Part shown: piece by piece, positions 1 to 9,785 of the stretch | Layout of the letters: the number at the start of each line of letters is the position of its first letter | Position numbering within the stretch: position 1 is the stretch's first letter | Assembly (NCBI GenBank): GCA_035995885.1 | Contig: DASYKC010000161.1 | Coordinates: 2,434 to 66,433 of the forward strand | Source: Caldimonas sp. | Lineage (GTDB): Bacteria; Pseudomonadota; Gammaproteobacteria; Burkholderiales; Burkholderiaceae_C | Reading direction: 5' to 3' | DNA: 64,000 bases | Notes under the pieces: generated by a model | The model's input: only the letters and a program-made list of their open reading frames with translations | Told to the model about the DNA's origin: nothing | Database searches by the model: none | Position numbers and translations under genes: made by a program

Positions 1-2
1 TG

Positions 3-830
3 GAGACGCACGGCAAGCCGGTGGCCTTCTACAGCGACAAGGCCAGCATCTTCAGGGCGACGCGCCAGTCGACCGACTTCGGCCGCACCGTCACTCAGTT
101 CGGACGTGCCCTCTTCGAGCTCAACGTCGACATCATGTGTGCCAACTCAAGCCAGGCCAAGGGCCGCGTGGAGCGGGCCAACCTCACGCTGCAGGACCGG
201 CTTGTGAAGGAGCTGAGGCTGCGCAAGATCAGCTCCCGAGAGGCGGCCAACGAATTCGCCCTGCACTTCGTCGCCGACTTCAACGCCCGGTTCGCCAAGC
301 CAGCTCAGCGCGACCATGACGCGCACCGGCCACTACGCGCCGACGAGGACCTGGACCTGATCTTCAGCTGGCGCGTGCAGCGCAAGGTCTCCCGCTCGCT
401 CACCCTGCAGCACGACAAGATCGTCTACCTGCTCGAGAACTGCGAGGCCAACCTCGCGCTCATCCACCGCTACATCGACGTCTACGAGTACCCGGACGGC
501 CAGATCGAGATCAGAGCCGACGGCGAGAGCCTCCGCTACGAGCGCTACGACCGGCTCGGCCAGATCGACACCAGCGCGATCATCGAGAACAAGCGGCTGG
601 GGCACGCATTGCATGCAGCACAGATCCTTCAGGCTCAGCGCGACGACCGAAGGCTCAAGGCGCCGTCGCGAACACATCGTGGTCAAGCGTCACAGCCTCT
701 ACGGGCCGCCTTCGGCGCCAGGCCGGCGAGTCAATTCACGTCAGAAGACATGGCGATCGCCGTTCGCCAAGCCTGCAGCCCGCCAAGCCCACCGAGCGCC
801 GGCCGTCATCGAGCCGTGGCGGCGACTTGA
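3..830 (+). CDS. DDE transposase, IS1202/ISNCY family, 5'-truncated by window edge
   Basis: Frame is open from base 3. Motifs FYSDKASIF (second acidic residue) and SSQAKGRVERANLTLQDRL (E motif) belong to an rve-type catalytic domain. Confidence 0.85.
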   Translation, partial: ETHGKPVAFYSDKASIFRATRQSTDFGRTVTQFGRALFELNVDIMCANSSQAKGRVERANLTLQDRLVKELRLRKISSREAANEFALHFVADFNARFAKPAQRDHDAHRPLRADEDLDLIFSWRVQRKVSRSLTLQHDKIVYLLENCEANLALIHRYIDVYEYPDGQIEIRADGESLRYERYDRLGQIDTSAIIENKRLGHALHAAQILQAQRDDRRLKAPSRTHRGQASQPLRAAFGARPASQFTSEDMAIAVRQACSPPSPPSAGRHRAVAAT

Positions 831-872
831 CCACCGTCGGCGTCTGCGTGGCATGCGCCACGCCGCCGGTGG
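831..872. other. Stem-loop directly after transposase stop
   Basis: CCACCG(831-836)/CGGTGG(867-872) outer arms and CGTGGC(847-852)/GCCACG(857-862) inner arms; no clear U-tract. Confidence 0.4.
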
Positions 873-905
873 ACAAGTCTGCACCGAGCTACTTGCTATA
901 CCAAG

Positions 906-958
906 GATGCGACATTTCTATTTGGCTGGCGATGCGACATCTGAACTTGGCCTTGACA
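906..958. repeat. IS right end with two putative transposase-binding repeats
   Basis: GATGCGACATTTCTATTTGGC (906-926) and GATGCGACATCTGAACTTGGC (931-951), 25-bp period, then CTTGACA. Confidence 0.75.
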
Positions 959-965
959 GCGAAAC

Positions 966-1187
966 TCAGCCCTGATCACCGAACGAGTCGTCGATGACCT
1001 CGGTCGATTCGATCGCGTCGTCGAATGCCCGCAGCTCGACGAGCGGCTTCTCGGGCCGGGGCTTGTCGAGGGGTCGGCAGATCGTGCTCTTGAGGCGCGC
1101 GAGGCGATCCGACCGCTCGAGGGCGGCGAACACGGCTTCGGGCGACGTCATCAGGGCAAAAGGGTTCAGAACCTCGTTGGTTTGCAT
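966..1187 (-). CDS. Small hypothetical protein (~73 aa)
   Basis: ATG at 1187 (MQTNEVLNPFALMTSPEAVFAALERSDRL...); protein-like composition, unlike the Arg/Ala-rich shadow frames. Confidence 0.55.
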   Translation of the reverse strand: MQTNEVLNPFALMTSPEAVFAALERSDRLARLKSTICRPLDKPRPEKPLVELRAFDDAIESTEVIDDSFGDQG

Positions 1188-1394
1188 CGGAGAACCTGTC
1201 GGCAGTCGGGTATGGACTGCCACTGTAGGAACCCGCGTCCCTGCGCAAAAGCTGGTGCGCATCGGTATGCAGCGTCGCCGAAACGCTGACAGCGGCCGTC
1301 AGCGAGATTCTGAGACGTAGAAAATAGTCTTCTGAATCAAGTGCTTGGCCGAGAAACTTGAAGCTCTATCGCCAGACTTCCAGTTCTGCACTTC

Positions 1395-2195
1395 TCAAGA
1401 AAGCGCTGAGGATCGTGGAACATTGCCGAGAAAGAGGCGCTCGAAATTCCGTGAAGTCGCGCTAGCGATTTCATCGATCGCGAGCCTCTTGATTTCCGCC
1501 AGCTGGCGTGCCACGAGCGGCACGTTGGCCGGCGTATTGACCTTGCCGCGCAACGGCATCGGTGCGAGATACGGGCTGTCGGTCTCGATCAGACAGCGAT
1601 CGAGCGGAACGAATGCCGCGACCTCGCGAAGGTCGCTGGCGTTCTTGAAGGTCAGGATTCCCGAAAACGAGATGTAAAAGCCGAGGTCGAGCGCGGCGCG
1701 CGCCACTTCGGCCGTCTCGGTGAAGCAATGAAAGACGCCGCCCGCCTCGCCGCCCTCTTCCTCCCGAATCAGGCGCAAGGTATCGGCCGAGGCGCTGCGG
1801 GTATGGATGACGAGCGGGCGCCGGCTCGCACGCGCCGCCCGGATGTGGACGCGGAATCGCTCGCGCTGCCACTCCATCTCGGCGAGCTCACGGCCGGCGA
1901 GGCGAAAGTAGTCGAGGCCCGTTTCACCGATGGCGACGACCTTGTCGAGCCGCGTCAACGCGACCAGCCCGTCGACGCTCGGCTCGCGGCTGTCCTCCTC
2001 GTCGGGGTGGACGCCGGCGCTGCACCAGAAGCCTTCGTTCTCGAGCGCGAGCGCATGGACGCGATCGAATTCGTCGAGCGTCGTGCAGATGCAGAGGGCG
2101 CGATCGACGCTCGCCTGCCGCATTGCCGCGCGGATCTCGGGGATGCGGCCGGCGAGCTCCGGCGAGCTCAGATGGCAATGGGAGTCGACGAACAC
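1395..2195 (-). CDS. tatD: TatD-family hydrolase (YcfH-like)
   Basis: VDSHCHL, GVHP, AIGETGLDY, VFHCF, LIETDSPYLAP motifs; GTG start at 2195; downstream of holB-pilZ. Confidence 0.93.
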   Translation of the reverse strand: MFVDSHCHLSSPELAGRIPEIRAAMRQASVDRALCICTTLDEFDRVHALALENEGFWCSAGVHPDEEDSREPSVDGLVALTRLDKVVAIGETGLDYFRLAGRELAEMEWQRERFRVHIRAARASRRPLVIHTRSASADTLRLIREEEGGEAGGVFHCFTETAEVARAALDLGFYISFSGILTFKNASDLREVAAFVPLDRCLIETDSPYLAPMPLRGKVNTPANVPLVARQLAEIKRLAIDEIASATSRNFERLFLGNVPRSSALS

Positions 2196-2270
2196 GGGTG
2201 TCTTCCTGGCATTCGCCCGGCCTGGCCGGGGCACCGGGCCGCGAGCGCCTGCGCGGCTCGCCGCGCGGCG

Positions 2271-2669
2271 TCAGATCGTCTGGGTGGGCTTGACCGATGA
2301 GATCGACGTGCCGAGCGATTCCTCGATCCGCGCGCGCAGGGCGCGGCTCTTCTCGTCGGTGGGGAAACGGACGCCGACGCCCTGCGTGCGCCCCCCCGAG
2401 GCGTTGGCCGGAGTGATCCAGCCGACCTTGCCGGCCACCGGATAGCGCTGCGGGTCGTCGGGCAGCGAGAGGAGCAGGTAGATGTCCTCGCCCAGCTTGT
2501 AGTCGCGCGTCGTCGGCACGAAGATGCCGCCTTCGCTGAACATCGGCATGTAGGCGGCGTAGAGCGCGCCCCGCTCGCGAAAGACCAGCTGGATGACGCT
2601 CGGTCGCGTCGCCGCCGGCGCCGGCACGGTCAGTCCACTGGGGGCGGCACGGGCTGCGGGCTGATTCAT
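2271..2669 (-). CDS. pilZ: Type IV pilus PilZ protein
   Basis: LYAAYMPMFSEGGIFVPT...VAGKVGWITP...QGVGVRF; ATGA overlap with holB stop. Confidence 0.9.
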   Translation of the reverse strand: MNQPAARAAPSGLTVPAPAATRPSVIQLVFRERGALYAAYMPMFSEGGIFVPTTRDYKLGEDIYLLLSLPDDPQRYPVAGKVGWITPANASGGRTQGVGVRFPTDEKSRALRARIEESLGTSISSVKPTQTI

Positions 2670-3763
2670 CGGGCCGAGTTTAGCGACAAGCCTTCCCCGT
2701 GACGGCCCCGTGAACGCGGCGTTTTCAACGCTTCGCGGCCCTGCCCGACCAGGCTTTCGATCGCCAGGTCGACGCCCCACGGGTGATCGACCTCCTCGGC
2801 GACTCGCGCCAGCTCGCGCGACCAGCCGAGGAGCGCGCCGATGTCGGCGTCGCCATGGAGGCGTTCGCGCGGGAAGTAGCGCGGCGAAGCGCCGCAGACG
2901 AGCGACGCCGTGTCGTGGCAGATCTTCTGCAAGGCATCGACCGCCGCCGGCAGCGGCCAGCCTTGCAGTGCGGTGGCGTCGCCGGCGGCGACCCGACGCG
3001 GCAGCGCCAGCCAGGCCGCGCCGTCGATGCCGCGTGCCGAGAGCTCGAGCGCCTCCTGCGGCTGGCCGCCGCTGGCGGCGAGGAGCACCGCCGGCTGGCC
3101 GACGCCCTGGCGTGCCAGCCAGGCCTCGGCGTCCCGGGTCGGCGGAACGGGCAGGACGATCTGCTGGCAGCGGCTGCGGATCGTCGGTAACAGGCTGTCC
3201 GGCGCCGCAGAACAGAGCAGGAATCGAGCATCGCCAGCAGGTTCTTCGAGCGTCTTCAGGAAGGCGCTGGCGGCGACCTCGTTCATGCGCTCGGCCGGAT
3301 GAACGACGACGACCTTGCCGCGGCCGCGCGCCGAGGTCGTCGTCGCGAAGGCGATCGCGGCGCGAACGGCCTCGACCCGGATCTCCTTGCTCGGCTTTCG
3401 CTTCGTGCTGCCTTCGCCGGCCTCGTCGCCCTCGGCCGCGCCGGTGTCCCAGCCGAGCGATTCGCGCAGCGCTTCCGGGACGAGGACGAGGAGATCGGGA
3501 TGCGAGCGTGCCGCGTGCAGCTTGCAGCTGGCGCAGCGGCCGCAGGGCCGATCGACAAGCGGCCGGTCGTTCGCCTCGCAGAGCCAGCCCTTGGCGAGCG
3601 CGAGCGCGAGCTCGAACTGGCCGACGCCGCCCGGGCCGTGGATGAGGAGCGCATGCGCCTGCTGCGTCTCGAGGTTGCGCCGCAGCGGCGCGGCGAGCCA
3701 GGGCAGCTCGCGGTCCTCGCCGGATTCGCCCTGCTCGGGCGCTTCGCCGCCGCGCGTGCTCAT
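2666..3763 (-). CDS. holB: DNA polymerase III delta' subunit
   Basis: [12 protein letters not shown], Zn motif [29 protein letters not shown]; ATG at 3763 overlaps tmk stop. Confidence 0.93.
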   Translation of the reverse strand: MSTRGGEAPEQGESGEDRELPWLAAPLRRNLETQQAHALLIHGPGGVGQFELALALAKGWLCEANDRPLVDRPCGRCASCKLHAARSHPDLLVLVPEALRESLGWDTGAAEGDEAGEGSTKRKPSKEIRVEAVRAAIAFATTTSARGRGKVVVVHPAERMNEVAASAFLKTLEEPAGDARFLLCSAAPDSLLPTIRSRCQQIVLPVPPTRDAEAWLARQGVGQPAVLLAASGGQPQEALELSARGIDGAAWLALPRRVAAGDATALQGWPLPAAVDALQKICHDTASLVCGASPRYFPRERLHGDADIGALLGWSRELARVAEEVDHPWGVDLAIESLVGQGREALKTPRSRGRHGEGLSLNSAR

Positions 3764-4380
3764 CCGAGGCGATCGTCGAGGGCCGCGAGCGCCGCATCGA
3801 TCTGTCGCTGCACCGCGGCCTTGTCGGCGGCGCTGTCGATGCGAACGATCCGCGCCGGCGCCTCGCGCATTCGCGCCAGGTAGCCGGCACGGACGCGCTC
3901 GAAGAACGCCAGGTCCTCGGCCTCGAAGCGGTCGGCGGCGCGCGCCGCGGCGCGCCGCGACGCGGCCAGCGTCGGCTCGACGTCGAACCACAGTGTCAGC
4001 TCGGGCTGCAGCCCGTCCTGCACCCAGGTTTCGAGCGAGCGCAGCATGCGCTCGTCCTGGCCGCGCCCGGCACCCTGGTAGGCGAAGGTCGCGTCGCTGA
4101 AGCGGTCGCACAAGACGATCTCGCCGCGTTCGAGCGCCGGCGCGATGACGCGCTCGATGTGATCGCGCCGAGCCGCGAACACGAGCAGGGTCTCGGCGAC
4201 GCCGTCCATCGGCCGGTGCAGCAGCAGCTCGCGCAGCGTCTCCGCGAGCGGCGTCCCGCCCGGCTCGCGCGTGCAGACGACGCGATGACCGCGCGCGCGC
4301 AGGCGCTCGGCGAGCGGCGCGATGTGGGTCGACTTGCCGGCGCCGTCGATGCCTTCGAAGGTGATGAATCGGCACGTCAC
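3760..4380 (-). CDS. tmk: Thymidylate kinase
   Basis: [34 protein letters not shown]; GTG start overlaps mltG stop. Confidence 0.95.
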   Translation of the reverse strand: MTCRFITFEGIDGAGKSTHIAPLAERLRARGHRVVCTREPGGTPLAETLRELLLHRPMDGVAETLLVFAARRDHIERVIAPALERGEIVLCDRFSDATFAYQGAGRGQDERMLRSLETWVQDGLQPELTLWFDVEPTLAASRRAAARAADRFEAEDLAFFERVRAGYLARMREAPARIVRIDSAADKAAVQRQIDAALAALDDRLG

Positions 4381-5375
4381 GGCGTCGCCTTGCGTTGGAA
4401 TCGGTTCACGGCCCGATTGTGATCGGCGAGCGTTTCGCTGAACTCGCTGCTGCCGTCGCCGCGGGCGACGAAGTAGAGCGCCCGGGTCGATTCCGGCCGC
4501 ACGGCGGCGAGCAGCGACGCCTTGCCCGGCACTGCGATCGGCGTCGGCGGCAGTCCCGTTCGCAGGTAGCTGTTGTAGGGGCCGTCGGCGAGCAGATCGC
4601 GCTTCCTGAGGTTGCCGTCGAAGGCCGCGCCCAAGCCGAAGATGACGGTCGGATCGGTCTGCAGCGGCATGCCGATGCGAAGCCGGTTGACGAACACGCC
4701 GGCGACGCGGCCGCGATCGGCGGCGGTGCCGGTCTCCTTCTCGACGATCGACGCCAGCGTCAAGGCTTCGTCGGCGCTGTGCAGCGGCGTCGCCGGATCG
4801 CGTTCCTGCCACGCCTCGGCGAGGCGGCGCTCCATCGCCCGGTGCGCGCGCTTCAGCACCGCGAGGTCGCTCGAGCCCTTGCTGTACAGGTAGGTGTCGG
4901 GGTGGAAGCGCCCTTCGGGCGAAATGCCGCCGGCACCGAGCGCCGTCATCACCTCGGCATCGCTCAAGGCCGCGATGCTCGGCTTCAGCGACTCGGCACG
5001 GGCGAGCTCGGCGCGGATCTGGCGGAAGGTCCAGCCCTCGTTGAAGCGAACCGCGGCGAGCGTCTCGTCGCCGCGCACCATCTTGTCGAGCAGGCGGATC
5101 GGCGTCGTCCCGGCGCCGATCTCGTAGCTGCCGGCGCGGATCTGGCGCGCCCGGCCGGACCAGCGGAACCATTCGTAAAGCAGGAGCGGCGAGGTCTGGA
5201 CGCCGGCGTGCACCCAGGCGTCGGCGATCTCGCGCGGCGTCCGGCCGGGCTCGATCGAGACCTCGACGGTCTCGCCGGCGAGCGCCAGCGGCCGCACCAG
5301 CCAGGCCGCGGCCAGTGAGACCACCGTCACCGCGAGCGCGAGCGCGACGAGCAGGAAGAAGCGACCGAATTTCAT
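4377..5375 (-). CDS. mltG: Endolytic transglycosylase MltG (YceG)
   Basis: N-terminal TM segment; [43 protein letters not shown]; upstream of tmk. Confidence 0.95.
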   Translation of the reverse strand: MKFGRFFLLVALALAVTVVSLAAAWLVRPLALAGETVEVSIEPGRTPREIADAWVHAGVQTSPLLLYEWFRWSGRARQIRAGSYEIGAGTTPIRLLDKMVRGDETLAAVRFNEGWTFRQIRAELARAESLKPSIAALSDAEVMTALGAGGISPEGRFHPDTYLYSKGSSDLAVLKRAHRAMERRLAEAWQERDPATPLHSADEALTLASIVEKETGTAADRGRVAGVFVNRLRIGMPLQTDPTVIFGLGAAFDGNLRKRDLLADGPYNSYLRTGLPPTPIAVPGKASLLAAVRPESTRALYFVARGDGSSEFSETLADHNRAVNRFQRKATP

Positions 5376-5453
5376 GCCGCGCGGCAGCCCAGAATCCCGT
5401 CAGTCGTCAAGACCCGTGTCTCTCGTCGCCATGGCGGCTGATGATAATGGCGC

Positions 5454-6392
5454 ATGGCTGAAGAGATTTCGATCGGCGGCGTCTGCCGCCTCGCCGACCG
5501 CGGCGTGATCCGCGCCAAGGGCGCAGATGCCGCGAGCTTCCTGCAGAGCCAGCTCACCAACGACCTCGCCAGCCTCGCTGCGGGATCGGCGCGCCTGGCC
5601 GGCTTCTGCTCGGCGAAGGGGCGATTGCAGGCGAGCTTCGTCGTCTGGCGCGATGGCGACGACGAGTTTCTGCTGTCGTGCCCGAGGAGCGTTCTCGCGC
5701 CGACACTGAAGCGCCTGTCGATGTTCGTCCTGCGCGCCAAGTGCAAGCTGAGCGATGCGAGCGACGAGATCGCGCTGTTCGGCGTCGTCGGCCCCGCGGC
5801 CGCGGCGATGCTCGACGACGCTGCGGTCTGGCAGGCCCGTCCGCACGGCGCGTCGACGGCGATTCGCCTGCCCGACGGCGCCGGCCTGCCGCGCGTCCTT
5901 CTCGCCGCACCGCTCGGCAGCGAAGTCGACGTCGCCGCGGCGCCGGCGATGGCGCTCGAGACCTGGCACTGGCTCGAGGTCGAGAGCGGCATCGTCACGA
6001 TCGAAGCGGCGACGGTCGATCGCTTCGTGCCGCAGATGGTCAACTTCGAGCTCGTCGGCGGCGTCGATTTCCAGAAGGGCTGCTACCCCGGCCAAGAGGT
6101 CGTCGCGCGCAGCCAGTACCGTGGCACGACCAAGCGACGCGCTTTCCTCTTCGATTGCGATGTCGTGCCTGCCGCGGGGCAGGACGTCTTCGGCGCCGGC
6201 GCCGGCAACGAGCCCGCAGGGACCGTCGCCAACGCCGCGCCGCACCCCGAGCATCCGGGCGGTAGCGCGCTCGTCGAGGTGCGCCTCGCCGCGCTCGACG
6301 GCGACCTGCGCCTCGGCGCGATCGACGGGCCGCGATTGCGCCAGCGCGCGCTGCCCTATCCCGTTCCGCTCGACGTCGCCGCATCGGCGTGA
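5454..6392 (+). CDS. ygfZ: Folate-binding Fe-S/tRNA-modification protein YgfZ
   Basis: Signature KGCYPGQEV; GFCSAKGRL; divergent from mltG. Confidence 0.93.
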   Translation: MAEEISIGGVCRLADRGVIRAKGADAASFLQSQLTNDLASLAAGSARLAGFCSAKGRLQASFVVWRDGDDEFLLSCPRSVLAPTLKRLSMFVLRAKCKLSDASDEIALFGVVGPAAAAMLDDAAVWQARPHGASTAIRLPDGAGLPRVLLAAPLGSEVDVAAAPAMALETWHWLEVESGIVTIEAATVDRFVPQMVNFELVGGVDFQKGCYPGQEVVARSQYRGTTKRRAFLFDCDVVPAAGQDVFGAGAGNEPAGTVANAAPHPEHPGGSALVEVRLAALDGDLRLGAIDGPRLRQRALPYPVPLDVAASA

Positions 6393-6401
6393 GCGGCGGC
6401 G

Positions 6402-6728
6402 ATGGCCGGCCGCGAGCTGTTCGTCTGGTACCGCGTCCGGCGCGAGCGCGCCGAAGCCGCGCGCGCGGTCGTCGCCTCGTTTCAGCGTGCGCTCGCGACG
6501 CGCTGGCCGGGGCTGCAGGCGCGCCTGCTCGTCCGCGACGACGGCGCGACGGCGACCTGGATGGAAGCCTACGCGCGATCGGCTCGCAGCGAGGCCGACG
6601 GTCGTGACGACGGCAATGGCGACGGCATCGACCCCGAGATCGAGGCGGCCATCGCCGCGGCCGCAGAGCCGCTCGCGGCGCTGATCGAGGGCCCGCGCCA
6701 CGTCGAAGCCTTCGCCGTCACCGGCTGA
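6402..6728 (+). CDS. Small conserved protein (DUF4936-like)
   Basis: RELFVWYRV...TWMEAY...RHVEAF pattern, directly after ygfZ. Confidence 0.65.
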   Translation: MAGRELFVWYRVRRERAEAARAVVASFQRALATRWPGLQARLLVRDDGATATWMEAYARSARSEADGRDDGNGDGIDPEIEAAIAAAAEPLAALIEGPRHVEAFAVTG

Positions 6729-6741
6729 CGTCGGCCCGGGC

Positions 6742-7599
6742 TCACAGCACGCGCAGCATCTCGACGTGGGCGATTCCCGTCTCGTCGAACTCCGGACCGC
6801 GGCGGACGAAGCCGGCGCGCTCGTAGAACGGCGCGGCGCCGAGCTGCGCGTGCAGCACCGCCTCGCGATCGCCGCGCGCGCGCGCGGCGGCGAGCAGGGC
6901 ATCGAGCACGGCGCGGCCGACGCCGGCGTGGCGCGACGACGCCACGACCGCCATCCTGCCGATCTTGGCAACGCCGGGAACGTGCTCGAGCATCCGCCCC
7001 GTGCCGAGGGCGCGGCCGAGCCGGTTGAAGGCGACCGCATGGACGGCGTCGGCATCGGCGTCGTCCCATTCCATCTCGGCGGGAATCTTCTGCTCGCCGA
7101 TGAACACCTCGGCGCGGATCGGCCGGGCCGCGGCCTCGAGATCGCGCCACGCACCGACCCGCACCTCGACCATCGACGCCCCCTTCTCGAAGGTCTCGAA
7201 CAGCGCGCGCAGCTCGGCCGGAACGGGGATCGGCGCCTTCGCGACCGGGTCGGCGAAGACGTAGACGAGCTCGCCGGTGACGAGCAGCTCGTCGGTGCGG
7301 AAGATGCCGCCGAAGAAGGTCAGCGACGAGGTGCCGATGCGGGAGCAGCGCATGCCGACGTCGACCACGTCGTCGTACTGCGCCGAGCCGAGATATTCGA
7401 CGGTCGCCTTGCGCAGGAACATGTCGCCGCCGAACGACTGCATCGTCGCCGCGTACGGCATCGCCAGGGCGCGCCAGTAGCCGGAGATCGCCGTGTCGAA
7501 GTAGGTCAGGTAGTGGCCGTTGAAGACGATCTGCTGCGCGTCGATCTCGGCCCAGCGCACGCGCAGGCGCTCGAAGAAACGGAAGTCCGAACGTTGCAT
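6742..7599 (-). CDS. YbgC/FadM-type acyl-CoA thioesterase fused to GNAT (ElaA-like) acetyltransferase
   Basis: N-half RVRWAEIDAQQIVFNGHYLTYFD (hotdog thioesterase); C-half KIGRMAV..RHAGVG, LHAQ, FDETGIAHVEM (GNAT). Confidence 0.85.
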   Translation of the reverse strand: MQRSDFRFFERLRVRWAEIDAQQIVFNGHYLTYFDTAISGYWRALAMPYAATMQSFGGDMFLRKATVEYLGSAQYDDVVDVGMRCSRIGTSSLTFFGGIFRTDELLVTGELVYVFADPVAKAPIPVPAELRALFETFEKGASMVEVRVGAWRDLEAAARPIRAEVFIGEQKIPAEMEWDDADADAVHAVAFNRLGRALGTGRMLEHVPGVAKIGRMAVVASSRHAGVGRAVLDALLAAARARGDREAVLHAQLGAAPFYERAGFVRRGPEFDETGIAHVEMLRVL

Positions 7600-7664
7600 G
7601 GTCAGGCCCCGGCGGCAGCGCGGCAGCGCTCGCACAGGGCCGCTCCAGTGTGCCAGACTGGCGC

Positions 7665-8813
7665 ATGGCCCTCATCAACTACATCACCCAGGTCCAGCTC
7701 GATTTCGGCGCCCTCGCCCTCCTGCCGCAGGAGCTGGAACGCGCCGGCATCGCCAAGCCGCTGGTCGTCACCGACGCCGGCGTTCGTGCCGCCGGATTGC
7801 TCGACCGCACCCTCGCCGCCCTCGGCGGCCGGGCCCACGCGGTGTTCGACGCGACGCCTTCGAATCCGACCGAGCGCGCCGTGCGCGCCGCCGCCGACGT
7901 CTATCGCGACGAAGGCTGCGACGGCCTGGTCGCGATCGGCGGCGGCTCGAGCATCGACCTCGCCAAAGGCGTCGCGATCGCGGCGACGCATCCCGGGCCG
8001 CTCACGACCTACGCGACGATCGAAGGCGGCAGCGCGAAGATCAGCGAGCGCGTCGCGCCGCTGATCGCGATCCCGACGACGGCGGGCACCGGCAGCGAGG
8101 TCGCGCGCGGCGCCATCGTCATCGTCGACGACGGCAGGAAGCTCGGCTTCCACAGCTGGCACCTCGTTCCCAAGGCCGCCATCTGCGATCCCGAGCTGAC
8201 GCTCGGCCTGCCGCCGTTCCTCACCGCGGCGACCGGCATGGACGCGATCGCGCATTGCATGGAAACCTTCATGGCGCCGGCCGTCAACCCACCCGCCGAC
8301 GGCATCGGCCTCGACGGCCTCGAGCGCGCCTGGGCGAACATCGAGCGCGCGACCCGCGACGGCAGCGACCGCGAGGCGCGCTTCAACATGATGAGCGCGA
8401 GCATGCAGGGCGCGATGGCGTTCCAGAAGGGGCTCGGCTGCGTCCACAGCCTGAGCCACAGCCTCGGCGGCGCCAACCCCAAGCTCCATCACGGCACCTT
8501 GAACGCGATGTTCCTGCCGGCGGTGGTGAAGTTCAACGCCAGCGCGCCGACGATCGTCAAGGACCGGCGCCTCGAGCGGATGGCGCACGCGATGGGCCTG
8601 GCCGCGGCGCACAACGCCGCCGAGGCCGTCGCCGAGGCGATCCGCGCCATGAACCGGCGCCTCGGCCTGCCGTCGGGCCTCGCCGCGCTGGGCGTCGGCG
8701 CCGCGATGTACGAGCGGATCATCGACGGCGCGATGGCCGACCACACCCACAAGACCAACCCGCGCCTGGCGACGCGCGACGACTACGCGCGAATGCTCGA
8801 GGAATCGATGTAG
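7665..8813 (+). CDS. Iron-containing alcohol dehydrogenase
   Basis: GGGSSIDLAK, PTTAGTGSE, GMDAIAHCME, HSLSH, HHG metal ligands. Confidence 0.92.
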   Translation: MALINYITQVQLDFGALALLPQELERAGIAKPLVVTDAGVRAAGLLDRTLAALGGRAHAVFDATPSNPTERAVRAAADVYRDEGCDGLVAIGGGSSIDLAKGVAIAATHPGPLTTYATIEGGSAKISERVAPLIAIPTTAGTGSEVARGAIVIVDDGRKLGFHSWHLVPKAAICDPELTLGLPPFLTAATGMDAIAHCMETFMAPAVNPPADGIGLDGLERAWANIERATRDGSDREARFNMMSASMQGAMAFQKGLGCVHSLSHSLGGANPKLHHGTLNAMFLPAVVKFNASAPTIVKDRRLERMAHAMGLAAAHNAAEAVAEAIRAMNRRLGLPSGLAALGVGAAMYERIIDGAMADHTHKTNPRLATRDDYARMLEESM

Positions 8814-9763
8814 ATCGTCGTCTCGGTCGTCTTCGTTTCGGTCGTCGTCTCGACGATCGCCACCGGCGCCGGATCGAGCACCGGCTCGGCCGCCTCGGCG
8901 GTCGGGGCGGAATCGCCCGCAGCCGGCTCGTCGCTGCGCGGCGACGGCGCGGCTTCGCGGCCCTCCTCGCGCGGCCACGCGGCCAGGTACTCGGCCCAGT
9001 GCGGCTCGTCGATCGCCGCCACCGCGTCGCGGGCGATCGCGATCTCGCGCAGGTAGCCGGCCTCGTCGAGCCGGCCGCGCATCTTCTCGAAGCGACACCA
9101 GAGCAGGTAGGTGTTCATCGCGTCGGTCTCGCAGTAGCGGCGGATCTCGTCGCGCCGCCCGTCGAGATAGGCGCCGTAGACCTGCGAGCCGTCCATGCCG
9201 AGCTTGCCCGGGTAGCCGCTCAGCTTGGCCATCGCGTCGAGCGGCGCGTTGGCGCGCGACTGGTACATCGCCAGCAGGTCCATCAGGTCGACGTGACGCA
9301 GGTGATAGCGGCTGATGTAGTTGTTGTAGCGGTAGTCGCGGTCGCTCTCGGCGTCCTGGCCCATGTCCCAGTAGCGACCGGCGACGACGCCGTGACGCAG
9401 GCCCCGCTGCTGCAGCACCGGCAGGTCGAAGCCGCCGCCGTTCCAGCTGACGAGCTGCGGCCGGCGCTCTTCGATCCGGTTGAAGAACTCCTGGATGATC
9501 GCCGCTTCCTCGCTCTTGCCGTCGCGCTCGAGATCGACGAAGGAGCGCACCTGCAAGCCCTTGCCGGCGCGAAAGATGCACGAGATGACGAGCACGCGCT
9601 GCAGGTGCAGCGGCATGAAGTCGCTCTTGCTGCGCGTGGCGCGGTCGGCGATCTCGGCGGCGTAGACGTCGGCGTCGCTCAGCGCCGGATCGGCGCCGCG
9701 CAGCAGGCGCAGGCCGGCGACGTCGGGAATCGTCTCGATGTCGAAGGCGAGGACGGAAGCCAT
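8783..9763 (-). CDS. Stand-alone PolB-like 3'-5' exonuclease (DEDDy)
   Basis: ExoI AFDIET, ExoII SWNGGGFDLPVL, ExoIII YCETD; follows nlpD. Confidence 0.88.
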   Translation of the reverse strand: MASVLAFDIETIPDVAGLRLLRGADPALSDADVYAAEIADRATRSKSDFMPLHLQRVLVISCIFRAGKGLQVRSFVDLERDGKSEEAAIIQEFFNRIEERRPQLVSWNGGGFDLPVLQQRGLRHGVVAGRYWDMGQDAESDRDYRYNNYISRYHLRHVDLMDLLAMYQSRANAPLDAMAKLSGYPGKLGMDGSQVYGAYLDGRRDEIRRYCETDAMNTYLLWCRFEKMRGRLDEAGYLREIAIARDAVAAIDEPHWAEYLAAWPREEGREAAPSPRSDEPAAGDSAPTAEAAEPVLDPAPVAIVETTTETKTTETTIYIDSSSIRA

Positions 9764-9785
9764 CGACGTGCTCGTTGAGCGTCGC

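Larger units (their letters stand above)
1..958 (+). mobile_element. Right part of an IS1202/ISNCY-type insertion sequence (left end outside window)
   Basis: DDE transposase C-terminal half, then two 21-bp repeats and a terminal ...TTGACA (5'-TGT on the other strand) at 958. Confidence 0.8.

Noticed and set aside
959-990. dif/XerCD site next to the IS end
   Set aside because: No resemblance to the 28-bp dif arms (no TTATGTTAAA-like XerD arm).
2271-5172. Apparent fusions or long N-terminal extensions of pilZ, holB and tmk (also seen for fumC, mdoH, pcm, mnmC)
   Set aside because: The track extends to the furthest upstream start. True starts are marked by ATGA/GTGA overlaps or family N-termini.
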